From an uncultured bacterium (GTDB lineage: Bacteria; Patescibacteriota; Saccharimonadia; UBA4664; SCTI01), in contig CBDTXE010000001.1 in NCBI GenBank assembly GCA_965364395.1, positions 1 through 37,879 on the forward strand: a DNA stretch of 37,879 nt, read 5' to 3'. The translations under genes were made by a program, and so were the position numbers. The notes beneath the pieces were generated by a model, which saw only the letters and a program-made list of their open reading frames with translations, did no database searches and had not been told where the DNA came from. Of this stretch, positions 8,777 to 16,520 are shown in pieces (the first letter of the stretch is position 1; every line of letters starts with the position of its first letter).

Positions 8777-9041
8777 CCGGCGATGGGGCTTGTTTGTCCT
8801 TTTGATATTGGGTAATCATGTCCGGAGTAACCGCGGGCATGAACACGGTGTCGATCTCTGGGGGGTGCATCTCGGGCTTTGAAGGCTCCTCCGTGACAGG
8901 TGATGGCTGAGATTCATGTGGGCTGAGTGCCAGATTCCTCATTTCTTCATCGGTGATTTGCTCTAGTTGTACGGCCGGTATTACGTCTTGATCAGGACGG
9001 TAAACGGGTTGTTCGCTCATAATAAAGTCCTTTTTGGCCAT
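8766..9041 (-). CDS. hypothetical acidic, Pro-rich protein
   Basis: The ORF is trimmed to the MAKKDF start so that it does not overlap tRNA-Pro. No family was recognised. Confidence 0.45.
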   Translation of the reverse strand: MAKKDFIMSEQPVYRPDQDVIPAVQLEQITDEEMRNLALSPHESQPSPVTEEPSKPEMHPPEIDTVFMPAVTPDMITQYQKDKQAPSPDGQ

Positions 9042-9075
9042 GGTATCATGGCAAGCGTAGTCCAGGTAGCAATAT

Positions 9076-9152
9076 CGGGGTGTGGCGCAGTTGGCTAGCG
9101 CGCCTGCTTTGGGAGCAGGAGGTCGAAGGTTCAAGTCCTTTCACCCCGACCA
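9076..9152 (+). tRNA. tRNA-Pro (anticodon TGG), CCA encoded
   Basis: Acceptor CGGGGTG/CACCCCG, anticodon arm CCTGC-TTTGGGA-GCAGG and T arm GAAGG-TTCAAGT-CCTTT. Confidence 0.9.
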
Positions 9153-9171
9153 TATTATTTGCCGGACCCAT

Positions 9172-9957
9172 ATGACTTATCAAAAACTGCTGAGCGTTGC
9201 ATTGCTGATGGCATCAGCGGTTACTCTTATCGCCCTGCAGCTAAAACCGTGGGGATGGCTGTTTCTGCTGGCTTCCGTTGCAAGCCTTACCTTTACTGAC
9301 AAAAAGTATGCCAAAGATCTGCTGCTGGTTAACGTTTCGCTGGCCATTTTGGGGCTTACGCCGATTGATACCGATATAAGCCCTGGCCACATGTTGGCGA
9401 TGGGATCGACGCTCACGGCCGCGCTAGGGCTACCATATTTGGTCTCGCGGTATGTATATGGGGACTACCGCGTCCGTTTTCCCTTCCATCATGGCCGCTC
9501 CTGGTACCGGTCGGAAATAGCGTACATATTTGTGACTTTTGCCATTTCGTACCTCTTGATTCCTTTCTATCTGGTTAATAGCGGCGCCTACCAAAACTGG
9601 CCATCGGCTGCCGATCCAGGAAGCATAATGCGGCTGTTCATCGGCACAAACGCCCTTGGCATATGGGACGAGCTGTTTTTTGTCTGTACGGTGCTTGGCC
9701 TGCTAAGGCATCACTATAAATTCTACCTGGCAAACATATTCCAGGCTGTATTGTTTACGTCTTTCTTGTACGAATTGGGATTCACTGGATGGGGACCTTT
9801 AATGGTCTTCCCATTCGCGCTGCTACAAGGATACGTCTTTAAACGGACTGACTCGCTGCTGTACGTCATTACCATCCATTTGACGTTGGATTTTGTGCTC
9901 TTCCTTGCACTAATCCATGCTCACCATCCTGATCTAATTGACATATTTATAACCTGA
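9172..9957 (+). CDS. polytopic membrane protein, divergent CPBP (CAAX/Abi)-like intramembrane protease family
   Basis: Multi-TM protein with WDELFF and HLTLD motifs resembling CPBP motifs 1 and 3. The start is set at MTYQKL, after the tRNA. Confidence 0.6.
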   Translation: MTYQKLLSVALLMASAVTLIALQLKPWGWLFLLASVASLTFTDKKYAKDLLLVNVSLAILGLTPIDTDISPGHMLAMGSTLTAALGLPYLVSRYVYGDYRVRFPFHHGRSWYRSEIAYIFVTFAISYLLIPFYLVNSGAYQNWPSAADPGSIMRLFIGTNALGIWDELFFVCTVLGLLRHHYKFYLANIFQAVLFTSFLYELGFTGWGPLMVFPFALLQGYVFKRTDSLLYVITIHLTLDFVLFLALIHAHHPDLIDIFIT

Positions 9958-9964
9958 CCCAATA

Positions 9965-9994
9965 TTGCGTACCCCAGCATGAATGGCCTACAAT
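9965..9994 (+). promoter_or_regulatory. sigma70-like promoter (TTGCGT-N18-TACAAT) upstream of the pilin gene
   Basis: The hexamers were read directly and lie about 30 nt upstream of the ATG at 10023. Confidence 0.35.
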
Positions 9995-10022
9995 GCCGGT
10001 ATAAGCGTAATAACTAAAAAGA

Positions 10023-10673
10023 ATGAGACTCATGAAGACATCCTTAAACCAAAAGGGATTCACGGCTTTTGAATTAGTAATTGTTGTGGTTGCCTTGGCG
10101 GCAATTGGAGCTGCCGGGTACTTTGCCTACGAAGCAAGGCAGGATAAGACCGATTATTCTGTCCCAGCGCCCAAAAAATCTGCTGAAAAGCCAAAAGTAG
10201 ACGACAAGTACGAGGGCTGGAAAACGTATACTTCCTCTTTCAATAAAGTTTCCTTCAAGTATCCGGCTAACTGGCAGGTCAGCACACAACCGGCCGACTT
10301 GCCTAACGAAGGGCAGGTCAAAGTTAAACTGGCCTCCCCAAGTGGCTTTGTGATGCATTACAGTGAATGGGTAAATGGACTCGGCGGCGGGTGTGAAAAA
10401 AGCACTCCAAATATTGTAATTACAAAGACGCAAGAGCTAAAGGGAGCGCCTGGATTGTATCTCGTTGAAAATCCCGGAACCATCGCCCTGAGTAGTAGCA
10501 TTTCCAAGACTGGTGACACCGGCACATGTCTTGTGTATCCGTTTATTGACCAAAATAAGCAACTGATGTTTAGTTCATCGACCCAGTTTCTTCCCAATAC
10601 GACCAAGTTCCCGGCAAACCAAGAGAAAGATGTTGAAGAGGGCAGGCTGATTCTGTTAAGCTTCACGAAATAG
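10023..10673 (+). CDS. type IV pilin-like protein (prepilin N-terminal cleavage/methylation domain)
   Basis: MRLMKTSLNQKG|FTAFELVIVVVALAAIGAAGYFAY is a class III signal. Two C-terminal Cys residues could form a D-region disulfide. Confidence 0.8.
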   Translation: MRLMKTSLNQKGFTAFELVIVVVALAAIGAAGYFAYEARQDKTDYSVPAPKKSAEKPKVDDKYEGWKTYTSSFNKVSFKYPANWQVSTQPADLPNEGQVKVKLASPSGFVMHYSEWVNGLGGGCEKSTPNIVITKTQELKGAPGLYLVENPGTIALSSSISKTGDTGTCLVYPFIDQNKQLMFSSSTQFLPNTTKFPANQEKDVEEGRLILLSFTK

Positions 10674-10718
10674 ATTGAAGCTATTCCGGTAGGCAATACC
10701 GGGCAAGGAACCCCACCA

Positions 10719-11216
10719 ATGAGCCGCCCGCATTTAGGATCGCCGATCCTGTCATTTGAAGAGTTTTGCAACCTTAAGCCTCGCCTGGGGAAGATCGTCA
10801 TGACTAGCGGCGGGTTTGACCCAATCCATCCCGGCCACATCAGCTGCTTGATCGACAGTAAACACCACGGTGACACTCTGGCCGTGGTAGTAAATGGAGA
10901 TGCCTTTTTGCGGGCTAAGAAAGGCAAGCCATTCCAAGATTTGCGAACTAGGTGCATGATTGTCAGCGGCATCAAGGGCGTGGACTATGTTCTGCCGTTT
11001 GAGATTGAGGGTGATATGACGGTCAGCAAAGCATTGGAGCACTTAAAGCCCAATGTGTTCACCAAGGGCGGTGACAGGGTTGATGCTAAGACTATTCCAG
11101 AATGGCAGACGTGTGAGCAACATGGAATTGAAGTTGTTACGGGTGTGGGAGATGACAAGCTTTGGTCCAGCAGCTGGTTCCTAAAGGACTGGGAAGCCCA
11201 CGTCACGCGAACTTGA
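10719..11216 (+). CDS. cytidylyl/adenylyltransferase family protein (RfaE domain II-like heptose-1-phosphate adenylyltransferase)
   Basis: Motifs SGGFDPIHPGHISCL, GDTLAVVVNGD and KGGD match the nucleotidyltransferase HxGH fold. Confidence 0.8.
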   Translation: MSRPHLGSPILSFEEFCNLKPRLGKIVMTSGGFDPIHPGHISCLIDSKHHGDTLAVVVNGDAFLRAKKGKPFQDLRTRCMIVSGIKGVDYVLPFEIEGDMTVSKALEHLKPNVFTKGGDRVDAKTIPEWQTCEQHGIEVVTGVGDDKLWSSSWFLKDWEAHVTRT

Positions 11217-11251
11217 AAAAAGGCTTACGCTAAGGTATAGTACGGAGCTGT

Positions 11252-11326
11252 GCGGGCATCGTATAGTGGCTATTATGTCAGCCTTCCAAGCTGAAGACGC
11301 GGGTTCAATTCCCGCTGCCCGCTCCA
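11252..11326 (+). tRNA. tRNA-Gly (anticodon TCC), CCA encoded
   Basis: Acceptor GCGGGCA/TGCCCGC, anticodon loop CTTCCAA and T loop GGTTCAATTCC. Confidence 0.9.
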
Positions 11327-11330
11327 GGAC

Positions 11331-12206
11331 TTATTTATAGCGCCGCCGGCCATACATGACGATAATCCCGATTAGTGCGAGGGGCAGGGAGAGCGACAAC
11401 GGGTTGCCTATCCAGACAGTAGTTTCTGTGCGCGCCAAGTTCATCCGCGTACCGCTGGTGCCGATATCCCAGGCAGACACGATAAGCCGCACAGGCTGCC
11501 AAAAAAATGAAGCTGGCTGCTCGACCACTTGATGGCCAGAAGAACCAGGCTGGATAGCCGATGCAAAGCGCATGTCGCGCGATGACCGGCCCAGTAAATG
11601 CGATGAAGTAATGGTAGCTGCCGGCTGCAGCACGGTGTTGCCGGTGTTGCGTAGAGTGACGGCCATCTGCCCATTGCGCTGGCGGACGTCGATCGTTGCG
11701 GATGGCAGCGCGGCGCCCGGAATAGTTAGGTAGACTCTGATTCCCAGCCGGCGAACAATGCGCACGCTGCCGCCCTGCTCGCCATCGACCGGCTCAATAA
11801 CGATACCGCCAAAATGCCGGCCAACTGGCGCGTTGGCATCTGACTGCATCTTGAAAGCAATGTCTTTAGATTGGCCTGGAGCCAGCTGCAGTACACTGCT
11901 TTCCAATGCGATCCATTTGCCCACGCCGACGCGCGGGGCAGCTTCCGGCAGCATGCCCAGGGCGCCGTCCGTTAATACTCTGGCGTCCACCGGGTAAATA
12001 CGTAGTTTGGTAGGAAAACCCGAGCTATTGCGAACGGTAATCGATCCGTGCACAGACTTATTTTTTGGGGCGGTCATGTCAAACCATGGGCGCTCAGACT
12101 GCTCCGCGCCCGCCGGAAAGGCGCTGATACCCGATGATTCAACGGCGTAGGTGTGGTGCGCGAGTCCAGCTACCATGGCGATAGAGACGGCGAAGCGGAC
12201 AATCAA
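11331..12206 (-). CDS. DUF916/DUF3324-like (WxL-interacting) cell-surface protein with a C-terminal TM anchor
   Basis: Signal peptide followed by beta-rich domains, with a layout like ITVRNSSGFPTKLRIYPVDA and GRHFGGIVIEP. The C-terminus is a TM helix plus RRRYK. It overlaps the upstream WxL-like gene by 4 nt. Confidence 0.6.
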   Translation of the reverse strand: MIVRFAVSIAMVAGLAHHTYAVESSGISAFPAGAEQSERPWFDMTAPKNKSVHGSITVRNSSGFPTKLRIYPVDARVLTDGALGMLPEAAPRVGVGKWIALESSVLQLAPGQSKDIAFKMQSDANAPVGRHFGGIVIEPVDGEQGGSVRIVRRLGIRVYLTIPGAALPSATIDVRQRNGQMAVTLRNTGNTVLQPAATITSSHLLGRSSRDMRFASAIQPGSSGHQVVEQPASFFWQPVRLIVSAWDIGTSGTRMNLARTETTVWIGNPLSLSLPLALIGIIVMYGRRRYK

Positions 12207-12979
12207 TTGAGGGTTTGGGTTATGGTCGCAGTGTAGGAGCCACTCTTAGATCCGGCCGGTATGGTGAGTGATAGCGTAGGTGTCACCGAATACTGTCCCA
12301 TTCCTGAGCCGGAGGAAGCCGACATTAGCGTCATGGGATCGGTATCGCTGGCAAATGCGCGAGACTGGCCGGAACTTACCCCCGCCGCCGCTCCGGCCAC
12401 TATTGCCACTACGGAAGGCGCGATGGTCAGGCCGGTTACGGGCAGGGTATCAATCGTAACTGTCCATTGGTCACCAACTGAAAACATGCCGGACGTGAAG
12501 TTGCCGGTGACTCCGCGAGTGCCAATCGAGGCCGAGGCCGTCGCCGTAGTATCGGTTTGGCTTTCAAGTCCGGTGACGGCGAACTTGGCAAAACCCATTG
12601 GCCCGCCAGCCGTTATGGTCACGGTGTACGCCCCGCCTGTGGACCCTGAATATGTGCCGCCCGACGAGAAGTTGCCGCCGCCGGAGCTGCCTGAGGTTCG
12701 TACGGCGCTACCGATGCGGGCAAACGAGGATGCCGTGGCAGTAACCGCCCAACCGGCACCGGTACCCCGGCCATCCGTGACAGACACCGTGCCCAGCGAC
12801 CCGCTGCTGGTTTGGGGCTGGGAAATATTGACCGTCACCGGCGACAACGAGGCGCTGGCCGGGGCTGCTAGGGTTAGCTGGCCCGGATTAATGGTTTGAT
12901 TGACGTTGGTGCTGGCGGCAAAGGCGGATGAACCCACCATCATGCAAGCAGCAACTATGGTTGCACGGATACGCTGCAT
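12203..12979 (-). CDS. WxL domain-like secreted surface protein
   Basis: SD AGGAG lies upstream and there is a signal peptide. GQLTL..., VTDGRGTGAGWAVTA (first WxL-type motif) and a C-terminal SLTIPAGSKSGSYTATITQTL match the WxL domain architecture. Confidence 0.6.
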   Translation of the reverse strand: MQRIRATIVAACMMVGSSAFAASTNVNQTINPGQLTLAAPASASLSPVTVNISQPQTSSGSLGTVSVTDGRGTGAGWAVTATASSFARIGSAVRTSGSSGGGNFSSGGTYSGSTGGAYTVTITAGGPMGFAKFAVTGLESQTDTTATASASIGTRGVTGNFTSGMFSVGDQWTVTIDTLPVTGLTIAPSVVAIVAGAAAGVSSGQSRAFASDTDPMTLMSASSGSGMGQYSVTPTLSLTIPAGSKSGSYTATITQTLN

Positions 12980-13098
12980 AGGAAACTCCTGTTATGTCTG
13001 CAGCATATCCCCATGCCATGAAACCGGCGTTAACCCTGGCGTTATGGCAAGCATTATGGTATAGTTCATACGTTCCGCTCCGGTGCGGTTCAACGCCT

Positions 13099-13175
13099 GC
13101 CCCTGTAGCTCAGTTGGATAGAGCAGAGGACTTCTAAGCCTAAGGTCGTAGGTTCGAATCCTACCGGGGGCGCCA
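13099..13175 (+). tRNA. tRNA-Arg (anticodon TCT), CCA encoded, with a weak anticodon stem
   Basis: The acceptor, D and T arms are canonical and the loop is CTTCTAA. Only 3 Watson-Crick pairs remain in the anticodon stem (G27.A43 and A31.G39 are mismatches). Confidence 0.8.
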
Positions 13176-13277
13176 TTTTTTGCCCGGTACGCGTTCAAGC
13201 GCAGTTTGAAAACGGACCGGGGGTAGTTACTCCGGTAGCTGCCTCCACCAGTAATCATTGCCAGAGAACGTGCTAAC

Positions 13278-13304
13278 GGGCCCTAGGGAATCTCCCCAGG
13301 GCCC
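13278..13304 (-). terminator. GC-rich hairpin (10 bp, one mismatch) just 3' of CDS 13313..13729, with no U-tract
   Basis: GGGCCCTaGGG-aatct-CCCcAGGGCCC. Confidence 0.45.
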
Positions 13305-13312
13305 GCTTGGTG

Positions 13313-13729
13313 CTAGGCGGCCTGCTTCAGGCCGGCTTCTTGCGCCGCCGACTCCCAGTCGATTGACTCGAGGAGCCTGCGCGCTTCTGCCTGCGTGCGC
13401 TGTTGGCGCTGCCGCTCGCCGACGTCGATGGCGATCTGAACGATCCGGTCGTAGACGTGGGTGCGCCGCATGTGCTCTAGTGCGTTCGCCCCGGATCGCA
13501 TGCCCGTGAGCTCGTTGACGAAGTCTTGGAGATCCTGGACGGCCTGCTGGTCGAACAGGGGGTCCTTGGTAGTCAAGGCGACTGCGCGAAGTTCGATGAT
13601 GCGGCTCTTGGCCGAGTTGATGGCGCAGTAGTCGGGCGCCGGCAGGTCGTCGTCCACGCGTTCGTCGCTCTCCGCGCCCGACCCGTACCGGCTCAGGATG
13701 CCCTCAAGGATCATGCTCGCGTCAGTCAT
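13313..13729 (-). CDS. hypothetical acidic helical protein (GC-rich, foreign-looking)
   Basis: The start is set at MTDASM, which has SD AAGGAG 7 nt upstream. It shows strong G/C third-position bias. No family was recognised. Confidence 0.65.
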   Translation of the reverse strand: MTDASMILEGILSRYGSGAESDERVDDDLPAPDYCAINSAKSRIIELRAVALTTKDPLFDQQAVQDLQDFVNELTGMRSGANALEHMRRTHVYDRIVQIAIDVGERQRQQRTQAEARRLLESIDWESAAQEAGLKQAA

Positions 13730-14023
13730 GATGTGCTCCTTACAAGAAGTTTTGAGTACAAAAAAGGACGCACTCGGCCCTAGCGCAGCTAGGAATAGAG
13801 TCGACGTCCCGTCAGGGTCTTGCCCTTTTCTTTCCACTGAAAGTCAATGTTAGGTTGTCAATATGGATACTTTAATGGCAATGCTTTGATAGTACAACCC
13901 TTTTTTGTTGCGTTCGTACATATTATTTGGACTTTGAGGTTGTTATATATGTCAATTAGCACAATAAGTGGAGAGCCCGACTATTCACTGATCTGTAAAT
14001 GTATGCCATAATGGTTCGCACGC

Positions 14024-14101
14024 GGCGAGTGTAGCTCAGTTGGTTAGAGCGTCGGTTTGTGGTACCGAAGGTCGTGGGTTCAAGACCCATCACTCGCCCC
14101 A
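14024..14101 (+). tRNA. tRNA-His (anticodon GTG) with encoded G-1 and CCA
   Basis: G-1 pairs with C73. Acceptor GCGAGTG/CACTCGC and anticodon arm TCGGT-TTGTGGT-ACCGA. Confidence 0.9.
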
Positions 14102-14252
14102 AAGCATTGATATTGATTCGTAGTACATACTTTAATTCCGTAGCTTTGACATTCCGGCACGGGAGATGCCCAATGGTTTGGTACGCCCACGGTGGAAACG
14201 ATCAGTAGGGCACGCAGAGGAAGTATAAGGTAATAACGTCATCTATCCCAGC

Positions 14253-14281
14253 TTGCAAACACATGCAAGTTATAGTATAAT
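14253..14281 (+). promoter_or_regulatory. near-consensus sigma70 promoter (TTGCAA-N17-TATAAT), with the inverted repeat CTTGCA-N6-TGCAAG overlapping the -35
   Basis: Read directly. It lies in an AT-rich spacer upstream of the GC-rich ORFs 14377..15535. Confidence 0.5.
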
Positions 14282-14376
14282 ATCGCAGACTATTGCCACT
14301 GAGGTTTTTGTGGCAACAGACGTACGCAACATCGACATATATTGGCGACCATGACAACAAGAGAGGGGTAGCTGCC

Positions 14377-14763
14377 ATGCATCCAGACTACGTCGAAGTG
14401 CTGGTGCAGTACGACCGCCGAGGCCACGTGCTACGGGTGTGGTTCAAGAACCTTCGCGTCACGCGCAGGCGGTGCGTCTACATCTACGCCTTCAGCGGCG
14501 AAACCAACGTTCAGAGCTTCAACGCGCACCTGCAAGGCGCCCTGCGGAGCCTGGTACACGGCAACATCGGCGGCTTCGTGGTTGGCGACAATCACCTTTT
14601 GGAAATCCACCTGGAGTCCACCAACAAGGCATTCCACGGCAAGGCCGTACGCGCCGCAGACGTGATTCGCCAGCATCTGCTGAGCCGAGGCAAGGAGGTG
14701 AATGCCTCCACCAGCGAAGGCCTGACCAAGACCAACCCGCTGACCGCAGTGGTGGCGAGCTAG
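14377..14763 (+). CDS. hypothetical protein (GC-rich island)
   Basis: ATG preceded by GAGAGGGG. High GC3. No family was recognised. The upstream TTG extension in the ORF track was rejected. Confidence 0.6.
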   Translation: MHPDYVEVLVQYDRRGHVLRVWFKNLRVTRRRCVYIYAFSGETNVQSFNAHLQGALRSLVHGNIGGFVVGDNHLLEIHLESTNKAFHGKAVRAADVIRQHLLSRGKEVNASTSEGLTKTNPLTAVVAS

Positions 14764-14794
14764 GTCCCCGACTTACCCAGAAAGAGGTGAAGCC

Positions 14795-15535
14795 ATGCCC
14801 GTGCTGACCATCTATGGCATGCCGCCGGATCTCAAGGACAGCTCTGCCCTCACCCACCTGGTGCTGGAGGAGCTGCCTCGGGCTGTGGCAGCAGTGGAGG
14901 AGCTCGGAGTCAAGCCGGGCCAGGTGACGGCGTTCGTGCCGTCCGACCTTGTGAACGAGGCTCTCGGCGAGGAAATCATCGTCTTCATCGAGGGCCTGTG
15001 GATGCGCAAGGAGCGCACACCGGAGGTCCGGCAGCGGCTCGCCGACGCGGTACTGGACTGCATGCGCCGCTTCGCCGAGGAACACGTTTTCAGGTGCGAG
15101 ATGATTGAGGTGATCCCTCGGTCCCAGCGCCCGGAGGACGGGTTTGCTGACTGGCGGAAGGAGCCGGTTACCACCGCAACGCCACTCCCCCAGGTGGCCA
15201 GCTTCTCAACTTCCAGACCGGATCCCACGGCCGACATCAGGGCTTTCCAGGAGCAGGTGCAAAGCTTTGCGCGCGAGGCGTTGACCGAACTGAGGTCCAG
15301 ACTTGAGTCTGGCGAGCGCCAATTCACGATTGAGCGCCGATTCGACCGCTCGGCATGCCGTGAAGACGGCCTCGGCCGATACGTGCGGCTGAATTGGTTC
15401 CAGCGGCTCTTCTACGACATCGTCGATCCCGTTTGGGGTATGCAGGGGGTGGAAGCGTACGCCGACTACGCCAGCAAGGATGCTGACTCGATGGAAGAAG
15501 ACAACACGATGGTCTACAGGCTGTCGGTGGCCTGA
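14795..15535 (+). CDS. hypothetical protein; the N-terminal ~115 aa may be a fused tautomerase-superfamily-like domain (tentative)
   Basis: SD AAGAGGTGA lies upstream. The protein starts MPVLTIYG (Pro after the initiator Met) and is followed by two beta-alpha-beta-like units. The C-terminal half is unknown. Confidence 0.65.
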   Translation: MPVLTIYGMPPDLKDSSALTHLVLEELPRAVAAVEELGVKPGQVTAFVPSDLVNEALGEEIIVFIEGLWMRKERTPEVRQRLADAVLDCMRRFAEEHVFRCEMIEVIPRSQRPEDGFADWRKEPVTTATPLPQVASFSTSRPDPTADIRAFQEQVQSFAREALTELRSRLESGERQFTIERRFDRSACREDGLGRYVRLNWFQRLFYDIVDPVWGMQGVEAYADYASKDADSMEEDNTMVYRLSVA

Positions 15536-15537
15536 CA

Positions 15538-15580
15538 GGGCCCGAAGGAGTGATCACTGATGATCTTGGCCTTCGGGCCC
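15538..15580 (+). terminator. 11 bp perfect GC-rich hairpin after CDS 14795..15535
   Basis: GGGCCCGAAGG-21 nt loop (contains the palindrome AGTGATCACT)-CCTTCGGGCCC, followed by TCCTTTG. Confidence 0.5.
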
Positions 15581-15613
15581 TCCTTTGCGTCTGACATCTA
15601 TAGCGCGCAGCAC

Positions 15614-15642
15614 TTGACACAATAATACGCTTATGTTAAGGT
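15614..15642 (+). promoter_or_regulatory. sigma70-like promoter (TTGACA-N17-TAAGGT) upstream of the methyltransferase leader
   Basis: Read directly, in an AT-rich spacer. Confidence 0.4.
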
Positions 15643-15792
15643 ATATGCACCTTAATTGAAAGGAAAGTTATGGACACAGTTAACCTGTGCAACAAATAAC
15701 GGTTCCTGGTGATAAGCTTCCAACATCATTATTAGGAGTTTGTCACCGGGAACCGCTACGGAGTTCCCCTGACATACAAAGGAGGCCATGCA

Positions 15793-16512
15793 ATGGCTGA
15801 CGAGTATGCGGACCAGGCATCGGTATACGATGCCATCTATACCAACATGAAGGATTACCGCCGTGAGGCGGAACGGGTACGCGAGCTGATAGCGGCGCAT
15901 AGCCGCATCCCGGTTAAGACGCTGCTGGATGTGGCGTGCGGGACCGGCTTGCACGACCAGTTTCTGGCCGGGCACTATGAGCTCGAGGGGCTGGACTTCA
16001 GTCCGGCGATGCTCACCGAGGCGCGAAAGCGACTGCCCAACGTGGTTTTCCACCAAGGTGACATGAGCGGCTTTGACCTCGGCAAGCAGTACGACGCCGT
16101 CACCTGCCTGTTCAGTGCCATCGGCCACATGACTACCTTGGACATGATGCGGGCGGCAACCAGTTACATGGCTGCCCATCTCAAGCCCGGCGGCGTGCTC
16201 ATCATCGAGCCGTTCATCGACCCGAGCGACTGGGTACGGGGTAAGGTCAGCGTTGACCTGGTGCCAGGCAAGAAGATTGCCCGCGTGACGGAATCCAGGC
16301 TCGATGGGCATATCGCCCGCCTGGACATGCGTTTCTTCACCGACTGGGACGAGAAGGCAGGTACCGCCAGGTACTTCCGTGCCCATCACGATGTCGCCAT
16401 GTATACGAGGGACGAGTTCACGGCAGCCTTCAATGACGCCGGGCTGGACGTCTCGTATGACACGGCGGGCCTAATGGGCCGCGGTCTCTATATCGGCGTC
16501 AAGAACTCCTAG
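15793..16512 (+). CDS. class I SAM-dependent methyltransferase, TylM1/DesVI-like (aminosugar N,N-dimethyltransferase family)
   Basis: SD AAGGAGG lies upstream. Motifs are DY..EA, LLDVACGTG, GLD.S..ML, GDM..F.LG, AVTC.FS.IGH and C-terminal GRGL. The whole length aligns to TylM1 as I recall it. Confidence 0.88.
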   Translation: MADEYADQASVYDAIYTNMKDYRREAERVRELIAAHSRIPVKTLLDVACGTGLHDQFLAGHYELEGLDFSPAMLTEARKRLPNVVFHQGDMSGFDLGKQYDAVTCLFSAIGHMTTLDMMRAATSYMAAHLKPGGVLIIEPFIDPSDWVRGKVSVDLVPGKKIARVTESRLDGHIARLDMRFFTDWDEKAGTARYFRAHHDVAMYTRDEFTAAFNDAGLDVSYDTAGLMGRGLYIGVKNS

Positions 16513-16520
16513 CCGTTTCC

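Noticed and set aside
12261-12899. 212 aa plus-strand ORF
   Set aside because: It is antisense to the WxL-like gene. The Pro/Val/Glu-rich shadow frame has no SD, whereas the minus-strand frame has a signal peptide, an SD and domain motifs.
12992-13258. 88 aa minus-strand ORF
   Set aside because: It runs straight through tRNA-Arg(TCT).
15652-16389. 245 aa minus-strand ORF
   Set aside because: It is antisense to the TylM1-like methyltransferase. This is a typical long shadow ORF in GC-rich DNA, and the plus frame carries clear SAM-MTase motifs.
15793-16512. Erm-type rRNA methyltransferase, suggested by the leader-peptide-like uORF upstream
   Set aside because: The protein lacks Erm signatures, and its motifs and full-length similarity fit the TylM1/DesVI-like class instead.
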